A stretch of DNA of 64,000 bases from an uncultured Dehalococcoidia bacterium (GTDB lineage: Bacteria; Chloroflexota; Dehalococcoidia; Lucifugimonadales; UBA2985), in NCBI GenBank assembly GCA_964573055.1, contig CAZNIG010000003.1, positions 9,443-73,442 of the forward strand. Direction: 5' to 3'. The stretch's first letter is position 1; every line of letters starts with the position of its first letter. The notes under the pieces are model-generated. The model was given only the letters and a program-made list of their open reading frames with translations, made no database searches and had not been told where the DNA came from. A program made the translations under genes and the position numbers. This document shows, one piece after another, positions 19,372 through 29,498 of the stretch.

Positions 19372-20304
19372 TTATAATGTTTGACTTAAGTCAGATTCAA
19401 TACATTTCGCATTAAGCTCTTCGAGAACCAACATCAAATCCGACGGCAACGGCGATTTAAACTCCATGTATTCACCGTTGCCAGGAGCACGGAACCCCAA
19501 GACACTCGCGTGCAGGAATTGGCGTTCTAGTTTATCATCCCTACCGCCATACAATTTGTCCCCCACGAGTGGATGGGACAAGGCCGAAAAATGCACCCGT
19601 ATTTGATGGGTCCTCCCTGTTTTTGGAACCACCTTCACAAGCGTATTCTGCGGAAAGTATTCTAAAACATTGTAATGTGTTTCCGCGTCTCGGCCAACAT
19701 CCACAACAGCCATACGTTTCAAATTTTTTCTATCCCGGCCGATGTTCGCCTTTATAATTCCTTGTTCGGGCGTGACTTGACCTTTAACAAGAGCTATATA
19801 CCCCTTATGAACTGACCTGTTCTTTATCTGGGAGGATATATAGTCATGTGCAATACGATTCTTGGCAACTACTATCAATCCCGATGTATCCTTGTCTAAC
19901 CTGTGAACAATTCCAGGTCTATTTTTTTCACCGGTTTGCTCGATTGACGGAACTCGGCCAAGTATAGCGTTCACTAAGGTGTCTGAGTAATGCCCAGGGG
20001 CAGGATGTACTACCATACCAGCTGGCTTGTCGACCACCAACATATCCTTGTCTTCATAATTAACTGACAGATGGATATCCTGAGCAATTGGTATATCTGA
20101 ACCGAGCGAGACAACTTCCATCTCGACAGATTCCCCTCCCTTAAGGCGATAGGATGGCTTAGCAACTAAACCATCCACTCTCACCAAACCCTTCGACATT
20201 AGAGTGGCAATAAGTGATCTGGATAAGTCTCGCTCTTTTACTGCGAGAAACTTGTCCAACCTCTCTCCAACTCTATCGACTAAGATCCTTCGAATTTCTC
20301 CCAA
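19372..20304 (-). CDS. rluD: RluA/RluD-family 23S rRNA pseudouridine synthase
   Basis: 310 aa with an N-terminal S4 domain and the catalytic HRLDKDTSG motif. Confidence 0.9.
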   Translation of the reverse strand: MGEIRRILVDRVGERLDKFLAVKERDLSRSLIATLMSKGLVRVDGLVAKPSYRLKGGESVEMEVVSLGSDIPIAQDIHLSVNYEDKDMLVVDKPAGMVVHPAPGHYSDTLVNAILGRVPSIEQTGEKNRPGIVHRLDKDTSGLIVVAKNRIAHDYISSQIKNRSVHKGYIALVKGQVTPEQGIIKANIGRDRKNLKRMAVVDVGRDAETHYNVLEYFPQNTLVKVVPKTGRTHQIRVHFSALSHPLVGDKLYGGRDDKLERQFLHASVLGFRAPGNGEYMEFKSPLPSDLMLVLEELNAKCIESDLSQTL

Positions 20305-20335
20305 TTATCATCCAGCCTCATTTACAATTTTTCTA

Positions 20336-20917
20336 CTAAAACCGTTCGGCGTGCTCCGCTTCTAGGCAGTTTTGCGGATGATGTGTGCCGCTAATCAATG
20401 AACATTCTGTTCCAGCAACTTTCCCAGATTCGGGTTTGTTCAGAAAAATCGTATATGCGAGTATTGTAAGGCCTATGACTATAGCAGAATCTGCGATATT
20501 AAAAACCGGCCAATCTCCGACGTCAATGAAGTCTATAACATAGCCCAAACGGATCCTGTCAACCAAATTACCGATAGCACCACCCATCTGAAGACCCAGG
20601 CTTATCTTAAGAAGCCTGCTTCTTGCTGCAAGCGTCTGGTAGAAAGCGAATAGCACAATGACCCCAAAAAGAGTAGCTATGGTTGGTATAGGTGTGTAGT
20701 GTGGAAACAGGCCAAATGCCATCCCAGTATTGGTAACATAGGTGAATCGGAAAAACCCCGCTTCTGGCAAGGACTGCCCAAAACCCATATTTGTAGCCAC
20801 GGCTATCTTAGAGAATTGATCGACTGCTAAAACAAAGATCACAATCACCAATGTCCAAGGGACTGCGAGCCATTTACTACGATGTTCCGATAGATTCGAT
20901 ATACACATGGATAGCAA
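20336..20917 (-). CDS. lspA: Lipoprotein signal peptidase II
   Basis: 193 aa with LspA motifs (NTGMAFG; GGAIGNLVDR; FNIADSAI). The start is uncertain and there is a ~35-aa C-terminal tail. Confidence 0.85.
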   Translation of the reverse strand: MLSMCISNLSEHRSKWLAVPWTLVIVIFVLAVDQFSKIAVATNMGFGQSLPEAGFFRFTYVTNTGMAFGLFPHYTPIPTIATLFGVIVLFAFYQTLAARSRLLKISLGLQMGGAIGNLVDRIRLGYVIDFIDVGDWPVFNIADSAIVIGLTILAYTIFLNKPESGKVAGTECSLISGTHHPQNCLEAEHAERF

Positions 20918-21131
20918 TCAACAGAGGGTCGCCTGAAATCAATCATAGACATTAACTATGACGTGACGAACAAATACAACGTTGGAGTATGGTACGCTAA
21001 ATTAACAGAAGGTTCAAATGATCTAAATACTCAATAACAGTATAAAACCTACTTTGATTCAAACTCAACAGACTTAACCCAAAGCAGTCTCAGTTATGCT
21101 ACAATCTAGCCTGCCGAGATAAAACGCAAGT

Positions 21132-21812
21132 TTGCGAGACATGCCCTTGCCTTACGATACAAGGCCCGCCATCCAAACTGATATAGATCAATTAAGGGAA
21201 ATAGAATCTGAGGCATTCCCTACTAACTGGCCTCCGACCCCCTTCAAAAGAGAGCTTGGCCGAGATAAGGTCAGTGTCTTGGTAGCCTTTGACAACACTC
21301 AACACCCCGTAAAGATCGAAGCAATCACTAACCCCACGACTTCGACAAGAAGCCCTAAGCCTTCAAGAACACTTATAGGATTCCTCAAGCGCCTAATTGG
21401 CAAAGAGCCTAGTAACCCAAACGTTGCTTCATCTGACTACGTCGTAGGGTACGTTATCACCGGCTTCATGACTGATGAAGCGCATATTCTCGGAATAGCA
21501 GTGCGCGAGAGTATGAGGGGTCAGGGAATAGGCGAACTGTTACTCATATCGTCTATTGAAATGGCAATGAGGAATCAATCCAGGGTGTCGACTCTAGAGG
21601 TTAGAGTATCTAATCACGTTGCACAATCTCTCTACACTAAGTACGGCTTTAAGCAAGTGGGAGAGCGTAAAGGATATTACACCGACAACCATGAGAATGC
21701 ATATATTATGACAACGGACGAAATTGGAAGCGTTTCGTATATGGAAAGATTTAGGTCACTAGCAGATAGCTATAAATCAGACAATGGGGATATCAGCCCA
21801 AACCTATCATAA
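21132..21812 (+). CDS. GNAT N-acetyltransferase, RimI-like with an internal insertion and a C-terminal tail
   Basis: 226 aa with the acetyl-CoA motif (IAVRESMRGQGIGELLL). It is longer than a typical ~150-aa RimI. The start is TTG at 21132 or ATG at 21141. Confidence 0.7.
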   Translation: MRDMPLPYDTRPAIQTDIDQLREIESEAFPTNWPPTPFKRELGRDKVSVLVAFDNTQHPVKIEAITNPTTSTRSPKPSRTLIGFLKRLIGKEPSNPNVASSDYVVGYVITGFMTDEAHILGIAVRESMRGQGIGELLLISSIEMAMRNQSRVSTLEVRVSNHVAQSLYTKYGFKQVGERKGYYTDNHENAYIMTTDEIGSVSYMERFRSLADSYKSDNGDISPNLS

Positions 21813-22016
21813 AAACATGGCTCATATTACACGTTGTGTGTTGCGAACCCATCCCAAGTTGCCACACATCACTAATAAAGAATAAAGTCCATAAATAATT
21901 CCTATAAGTTTTGTATGACCAGTTACACTAGCATGACACCTTAAGGTATGTCATACTGTAACCACCTCGACTTTCAATCTCACCACAATCTCTTCTAGGA
22001 TAGGAAGGCACTACAA

Positions 22017-24692
22017 ATGAGCACCCAAGATATCCAAGGTAGGTCTAGATCACTGATCCGATCAGGGCAAGGCGAATTGTCCTACTTTAGGCTAGGACAG
22101 ATCCAAGACGAAGGTATAGCCGATATATCAAGTTTACCATTCTCCATAAGACTGCTAGTCGAGAATGCCCTCCGTAACATGGATGGTTACCTGGTAACAG
22201 AAGCGGACGTCCTGACCGCTGCAAAGTGGAACCCCTCTGAGCTACCAACTCGAGAATTCCCATTTATGCCATCTCGCGTCCTTATGCAAGACCTAACCGG
22301 AGTGCCAGCGGTGGTAGATTTGGCTTCCATGAGGTCAGCGATAGCCAGAAGTGGTGGAAATTACAAAAAGGTTAACCCCTTAGTTCCTGTCGATTTAGTA
22401 ATAGATCACTCAGTACAGGTAGATTACTTTGGTACAAATACTTCGTTCCAATTGAATATGGAGCGCGAATTTGAACGTAACAAAGAACGTTACACTTTCT
22501 TGAGATGGGCGCAAAAGGCATTTGACAATTTTACTTTGGTTCCACCTGGAACGGGTATTTGCCATCAAGTCAATCTGGAATATCTGGCAACAGTGGTCAC
22601 AGCCAGGAAATCTCCCTCTGGAATGCTCGCATTCCCTGATACCTTAGTGGGCACTGATTCCCATACTACTATGATCAATGGACTGGGAGTACTCGGATGG
22701 GGAGTTGGTGGCATCGAGGCCGAGGCTGTAGTTCTAGGGCAACCTTACTATATGCAACTTCAAGATGTGGTCGGCTTTAAGCTGACTGGCGCGTTAAGAG
22801 AGGGGGTTACGGCCACAGACTTGGTCTTAGCCGTGGTTCAGATACTAAGAGAAAAGGGAGTAGTAGAGAAATTTGTAGAATTCTACGGGACAGGACTAAG
22901 TAACCTTCCACTGCCTGACAGAGCTACAATTGCTAATATGGCGCCAGAATACGGAGCAACATGCGGCTTTTTCCCTATCGATTCTATTACCTTAGAATAC
23001 CTACGTGGAACTGGCCGGGAATCCCAGAATATAGCACTAGTGGAAGAATATGCCAAACTGCAAGGGATATTCCGAACAGATAGCACACCAGATCCGATGT
23101 ATACATCTACTGTAGAACTAAATATGGGAGACGTAGTACCTAGCGTCGCAGGACCACGAAGACCACAAGACAGAATTATATTGGACGCGGTTAAGGACGG
23201 CTTCCATGACACCTTCGGGGACAATGACTCAGCAGCAGAAATCGAACTTGAAGGCCAGAAGGCAGTTATAGAAAATGGAGCAGTAGCCCTTGCAGCCATT
23301 ACCAGTTGCACGAACACATCTAACCCATCAGTAATGATAGGTGCCGGATTATTAGCCAAAAAAGCTGTGGAACGCGGAATGGCAAGCAAACCATGGGTAA
23401 AAACTAGTATGGCACCTGGATCACAAGTAGTTACAGACTACATAGACAGTGCCGGATTGACCTCGTATCTAGAACAATTAGGGTTTCACACGGTTGGATA
23501 TGGATGCACTACATGTATCGGTAACAGCGGGTCTCTGCCGGAGGCAGTTTCTTCTGCCATTGCTGAAAATGATTTATCGGTGGCTGCTGTTGTAAGCGGT
23601 AACCGCAATTTCGAAAGCAGGATACACGCTGAAATCAAGGCTAATTACCTAGCGTCACCAATTCTAGTGGTTGCCTACGCTCTAGCAGGAACTATGAATA
23701 TAGACCTCACTAAAGACTCCTTGGGCGAAGATAACCATGGCAATCCAATTTACCTGAGGGACATCTGGCCATCGCAAGAGGAGATACGTGAAACTGTCGG
23801 ACAATCACTAGACCCAAAGATGTTCAAAGATCGCTACGGTAACGTATCGGCTGGCCCAGCCGAATGGACAAAATTGGACGTCCCGGAAGGCGATCTATAC
23901 GAATGGGATCCAACGTCCACTTATATCCAGGACGTTCCCTTCTTCAAGGATTTAAGTGAACATGTAAAGGAGTTAGAGGACATAGTCGGTGCTCGTGTCC
24001 TAGTCATGCTTGGAGACTCGGTAACCACCGACCATATATCTCCGGCGGGTGCAATACCACCCAGCAGACCTGCGGGCCAATTCTTAACAAGCAAAGATAT
24101 CCAGCGGAGCGATTTCAACACCTTTGGAGCCAGACGCGGTAACCATGAAGTGATGATGAGAGGCACTTTCGCAAACATTCGCTTGAAGAATCAAATAACT
24201 CCTGAAAAAGAAGGGGACTGGACTGTTTATTTCCCAGACAATCAACTTACGAGTATTTTTGAAGCTGGCGAGAAATATCAACAAAATGATATCCCAACTA
24301 TAATAATAGCCGGTAAAGAATATGGGTCTGGTAGTTCTAGGGACTGGGCAGCTAAAGGACCAAACCTATTAGGAGCCAAGGCAACTATAGTAGAGAGCTA
24401 CGAGCGTATCCACCGCTCTAACCTTATAGGAATGGGGGTTCTGCCGCTACAATTCAAGAAAGGGGAAAACGCGGCAAGTCTTGGACTTACTGGACGCGAG
24501 ATCTTTGAAATCACAGGAATAGCAGATAATTTCGTTCCTGGACAAGACGTACAAGTGCACGCAGTCCGAGAAGACAACACATCTGTAAACTTCACGGTGA
24601 CTTCTAGAATAGATACCCAAGTAGAACTGGATTACTACCGAAACGGAGGGGTCTTACATACTGTGTTGCGACGCATGCTTCGAGAGGAGTAA
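22017..24692 (+). CDS. acnA: Aconitate hydratase A
   Basis: 891 aa with AcnA/IRP-type motifs ([25 protein letters not shown]; [10 protein letters not shown]; [10 protein letters not shown]; [10 protein letters not shown]). Confidence 0.95.
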   Translation: MSTQDIQGRSRSLIRSGQGELSYFRLGQIQDEGIADISSLPFSIRLLVENALRNMDGYLVTEADVLTAAKWNPSELPTREFPFMPSRVLMQDLTGVPAVVDLASMRSAIARSGGNYKKVNPLVPVDLVIDHSVQVDYFGTNTSFQLNMEREFERNKERYTFLRWAQKAFDNFTLVPPGTGICHQVNLEYLATVVTARKSPSGMLAFPDTLVGTDSHTTMINGLGVLGWGVGGIEAEAVVLGQPYYMQLQDVVGFKLTGALREGVTATDLVLAVVQILREKGVVEKFVEFYGTGLSNLPLPDRATIANMAPEYGATCGFFPIDSITLEYLRGTGRESQNIALVEEYAKLQGIFRTDSTPDPMYTSTVELNMGDVVPSVAGPRRPQDRIILDAVKDGFHDTFGDNDSAAEIELEGQKAVIENGAVALAAITSCTNTSNPSVMIGAGLLAKKAVERGMASKPWVKTSMAPGSQVVTDYIDSAGLTSYLEQLGFHTVGYGCTTCIGNSGSLPEAVSSAIAENDLSVAAVVSGNRNFESRIHAEIKANYLASPILVVAYALAGTMNIDLTKDSLGEDNHGNPIYLRDIWPSQEEIRETVGQSLDPKMFKDRYGNVSAGPAEWTKLDVPEGDLYEWDPTSTYIQDVPFFKDLSEHVKELEDIVGARVLVMLGDSVTTDHISPAGAIPPSRPAGQFLTSKDIQRSDFNTFGARRGNHEVMMRGTFANIRLKNQITPEKEGDWTVYFPDNQLTSIFEAGEKYQQNDIPTIIIAGKEYGSGSSRDWAAKGPNLLGAKATIVESYERIHRSNLIGMGVLPLQFKKGENAASLGLTGREIFEITGIADNFVPGQDVQVHAVREDNTSVNFTVTSRIDTQVELDYYRNGGVLHTVLRRMLREE

Positions 24693-24805
24693 GAAACACT
24701 TGGTATAGCATACTCTTCGTATATTTTGAATTGTCGATTAGCAAACTTGACAACGCTAAAAGCGTGAATTAACATCAGCGAAGCCTAGATTAGCGATCTA
24801 TATGA

Positions 24806-24839
24806 TTGGGGTCTGTTCTAAACGGATAGACCCCAATTT
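24806..24839 (+). terminator. Intrinsic terminator after acnA
   Basis: TTGGGGTCT-13 nt loop-AGACCCCAA followed by TTTCGTCT. Confidence 0.6.
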
Positions 24840-24875
24840 CGTCTAGCGAATCTCTATCAGGGGGGCAACTCACAA

Positions 24876-26102
24876 GTGTCCTACATAAAAGGCCTGTTCT
24901 GCAAGGAGTGCGCCCGAGAATACCCGGCAGCGCCCCTCAACGTATGCGACTTCTGTTTCGGACCGCTAGAGGTCACTTACGACTACGAATCTATCAAGAG
25001 AGATGTAAGCATAGAGGCTATATCTAGGGGTCCTAGGAACATCTGGCGATATCATCATCTCCTTCCTGCAGATGCCCAAAATGCTGTGGATATCAATGCT
25101 GGATTCACGCCATTAATAAAATCAAATAACTTAGCTAAATATTTGGGATTGGAAGAACTTTACATAAAAAATGACACTGTTAACCCTTCTTTTTCCTTCA
25201 AAGACAGAGTTGTAGCCATAGCCAGCACCAAAGCCCTAGAGTTCGGTTTTGACACAATAGCATGTGCATCTACCGGCAACCTTGCTGGTAGCGTTGCTGC
25301 CCACGCGGCACGCGCGGGAATGAGAGCATTCGTGTTCATACCAAGCGACCTAGAACAGGGAAAGGTCATTGGAGCTGGTGTCTATGGGCCGACTCTTGTA
25401 GCTGTAGATGGCAACTATGATGACGTCAATCGTCTTTGCAGTGAACTGTCGGATAACTACAACTGGGCGTTCGTCAACATAAACATGAGACCATACTACT
25501 CTGAGGGCAGTAAAAGTATGGGTTTTGAACTAGCAGAGCAGCTCGGATGGAAGGCCCCAGACAACTGTATAGTACCAGTGGCATCTGGTTCTCTTCTTAC
25601 AAAAATTTGGAAGGGGCTTAACGAATTCTCGCGAATGGATCTTATTGACCCGGTAAAGACCAGAATGTTTGCAGCTCAGGCAGAAGGGTGCTCTCCAGTT
25701 GTAACCGCCTTTGACTCCCAGATATTCGACATTAGACCCGTAAAACCAGACACTATAGCTAAGTCACTGGCAATCGGAAATCCTGCTGATGGTTACTACG
25801 CCCTCAAAGTGTTAGAAGAATCAGATGGGTATGCCTGGGCGGTATCAGACGAAGAAATTGCCCAAGGTATAAAGGATCTAGCAGAAAAGGAAGGGATATT
25901 TACAGAGCCTGCAGGTGGCGTGGTAATAGCCACCCTAAAACGATTAGTAGAGGCAGGCCAGATAAAACCCAAGGAAGTCACTGTCGCCTGCATTACTGGT
26001 AATGGGTACAAAACACAAGAGGTAGTCCAAGACTCTGTAAACCCAGTCCTAATAAAACCAACCTTCGCATCATTTGAAGAAACTTTGGCAATTAGAAGCT
26101 AG
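24876..26102 (+). CDS. Threonine synthase-like PLP enzyme with an N-terminal Zn ribbon
   Basis: 408 aa with a GTG start. It has CKEC..16 aa..CDFC at the N-terminus, the PLP-lysine motif NPSFSFKDR, and a Gly-rich PLP phosphate loop region. Confidence 0.85.
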   Translation: MSYIKGLFCKECAREYPAAPLNVCDFCFGPLEVTYDYESIKRDVSIEAISRGPRNIWRYHHLLPADAQNAVDINAGFTPLIKSNNLAKYLGLEELYIKNDTVNPSFSFKDRVVAIASTKALEFGFDTIACASTGNLAGSVAAHAARAGMRAFVFIPSDLEQGKVIGAGVYGPTLVAVDGNYDDVNRLCSELSDNYNWAFVNINMRPYYSEGSKSMGFELAEQLGWKAPDNCIVPVASGSLLTKIWKGLNEFSRMDLIDPVKTRMFAAQAEGCSPVVTAFDSQIFDIRPVKPDTIAKSLAIGNPADGYYALKVLEESDGYAWAVSDEEIAQGIKDLAEKEGIFTEPAGGVVIATLKRLVEAGQIKPKEVTVACITGNGYKTQEVVQDSVNPVLIKPTFASFEETLAIRS

Positions 26103-26147
26103 CTCCAGATAAGGTAAATTACGAAAGACCACTAGAAGAGGGCTAAT

Positions 26148-26390
26148 ATGGCAAAACGAAGAGCCAAATTTACATTCCCGACGGATCTCATTACGGAACC
26201 AGTAATCTATAACTTAGGACGCGATTTTCAGATTATAACAAACATCCGAAGAGCCGAAGTTAGAGAGGATGTTGGTTGGGTTATTCTAGAATTAGAGGGT
26301 AGCCAAGAGGAGATCGAAAGCGGTCTGGCATGGGTTACTTCGGTCGGAGTTAGAGTAGATCCTGTCAGTGGAGATGTGGTAGAAAGCTAG
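26148..26390 (+). CDS. Stand-alone NIL-domain protein
   Basis: 80 aa. The sequence (..EPVIYNLGRDFQIITNIRRAEVREDVGWVILELEGSQEEIESGLAWV..GVRV) resembles the NIL (MetN C-terminal-like) fold family. Assigned from memory of the family pattern. Confidence 0.65.
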   Translation: MAKRRAKFTFPTDLITEPVIYNLGRDFQIITNIRRAEVREDVGWVILELEGSQEEIESGLAWVTSVGVRVDPVSGDVVES

Positions 26391-26570
26391 TTTAATGTTG
26401 CTATACAATTCGCTCAGCTAAACTACAGGTAATGGAAAACCAATAGCAGTACCCTCAGAGCTCCCGATCCACTACTTCTAGCAACGTCCGCGTAGGCGCC
26501 ATCGCAGAATTAAATCGGGAGACTGGCATAAATAAAGCATTAGCGTGTAGAGTCACAGGAGGTATGCAAG

Positions 26571-26852
26571 ATGAGTGTAACAGTCCGAATTCCCACCCCA
26601 CTGCGGGCAGTCACAAATGGCCAAGACAAAGCATCCGCAGAGGGAGAAACACTAACCCAGGTTATAGATAATCTGGAATCACAGTACACCGGGATAAAAG
26701 AGAGGCTATGCGACGAGTCAGGAAATCTACGCCACTTCGTGAACATCTACGTTAACGGAGAAGACGTCCGCTTCCTAGAAGGCCTGGGAACAGCCTTAAG
26801 CAGTGGCGACGAAGTTAGCATAGTCCCTGCAGTAGCTGGTGGCTCCAAATAG
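26571..26852 (+). CDS. MoaD/ThiS-family ubiquitin-like sulfur-carrier protein (C-terminus ..AVAGG-SK)
   Basis: 93 aa with AGGAGG SD. It has beta-grasp-like length and pattern ([33 protein letters not shown]). The di-Gly is followed by two extra residues. Confidence 0.75.
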   Translation: MSVTVRIPTPLRAVTNGQDKASAEGETLTQVIDNLESQYTGIKERLCDESGNLRHFVNIYVNGEDVRFLEGLGTALSSGDEVSIVPAVAGGSK

Positions 26853-26878
26853 CAAGCAGAATGCCCAAGGCATCGGTT

Positions 26879-28036
26879 TCAATGTATTCGCTGGGGCCTT
26901 CTGTCGCGCTGTAGCAAACGAGCACGCTCATCGGATGGCTTGTAACTACTCCAGAATTTATCCCTGAACTCTCGGAGTTTTCCTTCCTTGATAGCCTGAC
27001 GCATAGTATCCATCAACCGCATCACGAACCTTAGGTTATGAATGCTAGCCAACCTATATGCCAATAACTCCTTAGCCTTAAACAAATGGTGTATGTAGGA
27101 AGCCGAAAAATTCGTACAACAATAGCAATCACATGTGAGATCAAAAGGACCATCAACCTCACGAAAACTGTTATTAGTTATATTAACCCTCCCACCATCG
27201 GTAAATAATCCTCCATTTCGGGCGACCCGAGTAGGTAAAGAACAGTCAAACAAATCCATTCCGTGTGCCACACACTCTACAAGATCCTCAGGGGAACCCA
27301 CGCCCATTAAATATCTGGGCTTATGTTCAGGAAGAGTCGAACCCATCAAAGAGGCAATTTCATACATTGCATCTTTTGGCTCTCCGACGCTCAAGCCTCC
27401 TACTGCATACCCATCAAAATCCATAGATATCAAGATCTCAGCAGACGCTAATCTCAGATCTGGGAAAACGCCTCCCTGAACCACTGCAAAAATGGATTGG
27501 CCAATAGAATCATGAGCATCCCTTGATCGCCTTGCCCATACATGCGTCCTTTGCATAGCAGAATTCAATTCCTCATGCTCCAAGCCATATGGAGAGCATT
27601 CATCCAAAACCATAGCTATATCTGATCCGAGAAGTCCCTGATATTGAATCGACAGCTCAGGAGATAAGAAATGTTCCCTGCCATCTATATGAGATCTGAA
27701 AATCACCCCGCTATCTGACATGTTCGTTAGTCGCCCAAGGCTAAATGTCTGGAACCCTCCACTGTCTGTAAGTATTGGTCGTTGCCAGTTCATGAATGTA
27801 TGGAGGTTATTTTGCCTATGTATCAGATCAATCCCTGGCCTGAGCATTAGATGATATGTGTTAGACAACAAGATGCTGGCTCCCAATGTTTTTAAATCAT
27901 CTGGAGCGAGAGCCTTGACAGAGCCTTGTGTGGCAACTGGCATAAATGCAGGAGTATCTACATTGCCATGGGAAGTATTCAAGACTCCCGCACGACTGCT
28001 TCCATCTCTAAAATAAACGTCGAAAAGTCCGCTCAT
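26879..28036 (-). CDS. tgt: Queuine tRNA-ribosyltransferase
   Basis: 385 aa with TGT motifs (TPAFMPVATQGSVK; LTDSGGFQ; GLSVGEP; the Zn site C.C.CC...H region CDCYCC). Confidence 0.95.
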   Translation of the reverse strand: MSGLFDVYFRDGSSRAGVLNTSHGNVDTPAFMPVATQGSVKALAPDDLKTLGASILLSNTYHLMLRPGIDLIHRQNNLHTFMNWQRPILTDSGGFQTFSLGRLTNMSDSGVIFRSHIDGREHFLSPELSIQYQGLLGSDIAMVLDECSPYGLEHEELNSAMQRTHVWARRSRDAHDSIGQSIFAVVQGGVFPDLRLASAEILISMDFDGYAVGGLSVGEPKDAMYEIASLMGSTLPEHKPRYLMGVGSPEDLVECVAHGMDLFDCSLPTRVARNGGLFTDGGRVNITNNSFREVDGPFDLTCDCYCCTNFSASYIHHLFKAKELLAYRLASIHNLRFVMRLMDTMRQAIKEGKLREFRDKFWSSYKPSDERARLLQRDRRPQRIH

Positions 28037-28286
28037 GAGTCCGCCTTAAGAAGTGGATATAGTTGCAAGATTGGCATTAAGATCACAGGAAGTATAAAAC
28101 AGGTAGCGGTAATAATGAATACATCAGAAAAAAACTATACCATCTACAAAAGCAATGGAAAGTCTAATCCCCTATTCCTATTCATGACTGATCTGCCTAT
28201 AACAGCACATTGCACACGGTATTCAAATAAGCTAGGCTAAGATTTAATCTGGCTTGCCAGCACAAAAGCATGAGATATAATGTTCA

Positions 28287-28598
28287 GTGTCCGATATTAC
28301 TGTAGCGTGGAGGTATATCGCCATGAAAATGGAACTACTCAGCCTAAGCCCAACCGAACAAAGGATTCTTCTTTTGTTCGAATCTGCAAATATTTCGTCA
28401 CGAGATGAGCAGGTAGATGAATACCTACACGCCCATGAACTTGAACCTAAACGACAGTATTCAGAGACTAGGGAAGGTACTGACTACTTAATTTACTATT
28501 TTGGAGGCTGCTACTTAGAAGGCCACATTGATCAACTTGCCTCCATGGCATCCGAGGCAAACCTAGAGGGACTAATCCACGACAAAGAATCGGCATAA
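28287..28598 (+). CDS. Hypothetical acidic protein (start uncertain)
   Basis: 103-aa ORF ending 4 nt before the next gene. I recognise no family. The only support is its position in an operon-like arrangement. Confidence 0.3.
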   Translation: MSDITVAWRYIAMKMELLSLSPTEQRILLLFESANISSRDEQVDEYLHAHELEPKRQYSETREGTDYLIYYFGGCYLEGHIDQLASMASEANLEGLIHDKESA

Positions 28599-28602
28599 AA
28601 CA

Positions 28603-29388
28603 ATGAAATCTCTGCCGCTAAAAACTCTCCTATTTGAAGAGGAAGAGGGAGTTATCTGGGTCACATTGAATCGACCCCAAAATGGCAACATGGTAAACGC
28701 AGAGATGGCTAGAGAAATCAGAAGGCTATATGCGATTGTGAAGGACAATCTGAATGTTAAAGTGGTCGTACTCAAAGGTAGCGAAGATACCTTCTGTGCA
28801 GGCAATGAGGATAGCGTTCGGCCAAAAACTCCCTCAGAAGAGACTCTCTCTGCAATTTATGAGCAAAGGGTAACTGACTACCTTGCAAGCATAGATCAGC
28901 CTGTTATAGCAGCCATAAACGGTGACGCGCTGGGACAAGGCCTGGAAATCGCCCTAGCCTGCGATATCAGAATAGCCTCTGATGTAGCATTAATGGGCCT
29001 CCCTCAGCTGACCTACGGCCACCTGCCTTGGGATGGCGGAACCCAGCGGCTCCCAAGAATAGTAGGGATACCTTGGGCAACTGAAATGCTCTTAACAGGC
29101 AGAATTATAGATACCACCGAAGCGTCAAGGATCAACCTAATACATGAATCCGTACACAAAGACGACATTATCGAGCGGTCAGCAAAAATAGCCGCTGATA
29201 TGGCAAGCCTAGCTCCAATAGCGACGAGATATGTGAAGGAAGTCATCTCAAAAGGAATGGATATGACTATGGATCAAGGCCTTAGGTTAGAGATGGACTT
29301 AAATTTGTTATTACAAACCACAGAAGATAGATCAGAAGGCATCGCCTCATTCCTTGAGCGGAGGGACCCGCAATTTCGAGGAGTCTGA
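28603..29388 (+). CDS. Enoyl-CoA hydratase/isomerase (crotonase) family protein
   Basis: 261 aa with a crotonase fold pattern (VVVLKGSEDTFCAG; AAINGDALGQGLEIALACDIRIA). Confidence 0.85.
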   Translation: MKSLPLKTLLFEEEEGVIWVTLNRPQNGNMVNAEMAREIRRLYAIVKDNLNVKVVVLKGSEDTFCAGNEDSVRPKTPSEETLSAIYEQRVTDYLASIDQPVIAAINGDALGQGLEIALACDIRIASDVALMGLPQLTYGHLPWDGGTQRLPRIVGIPWATEMLLTGRIIDTTEASRINLIHESVHKDDIIERSAKIAADMASLAPIATRYVKEVISKGMDMTMDQGLRLEMDLNLLLQTTEDRSEGIASFLERRDPQFRGV

Positions 29389-29498
29389 TCTTAATCTGGT
29401 TCAATACTGAAGTAACTAGATCCAATCCTCATATCATATTGTTGGCTAGCAAATATAAACCCTTAAGGACATCTATCACACGTGGATAGGTATATAGC

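Noticed and set aside
22883-23389. Long antisense ORFs inside large genes (for example 22883-23389 in acnA, 35053-35523 in sucD, 33720-34187 in the HdrD-like gene, 12060-12476 in the MFS gene, 51181-51600 in nnr)
   Set aside because: They are shadow ORFs opposite genes with strong family signatures. Their products are low-complexity Ser/Pro/Ala-rich, with no starts backed by SD sequences.
26391-26570. SAM riboswitch between the NIL and MoaD-like genes
   Set aside because: GGGAGACTGGC loosely resembles the SAM-I GGGA..GGCCC block. The rest of the SAM-I, SAM-II/V and SAM-IV consensus could not be found.
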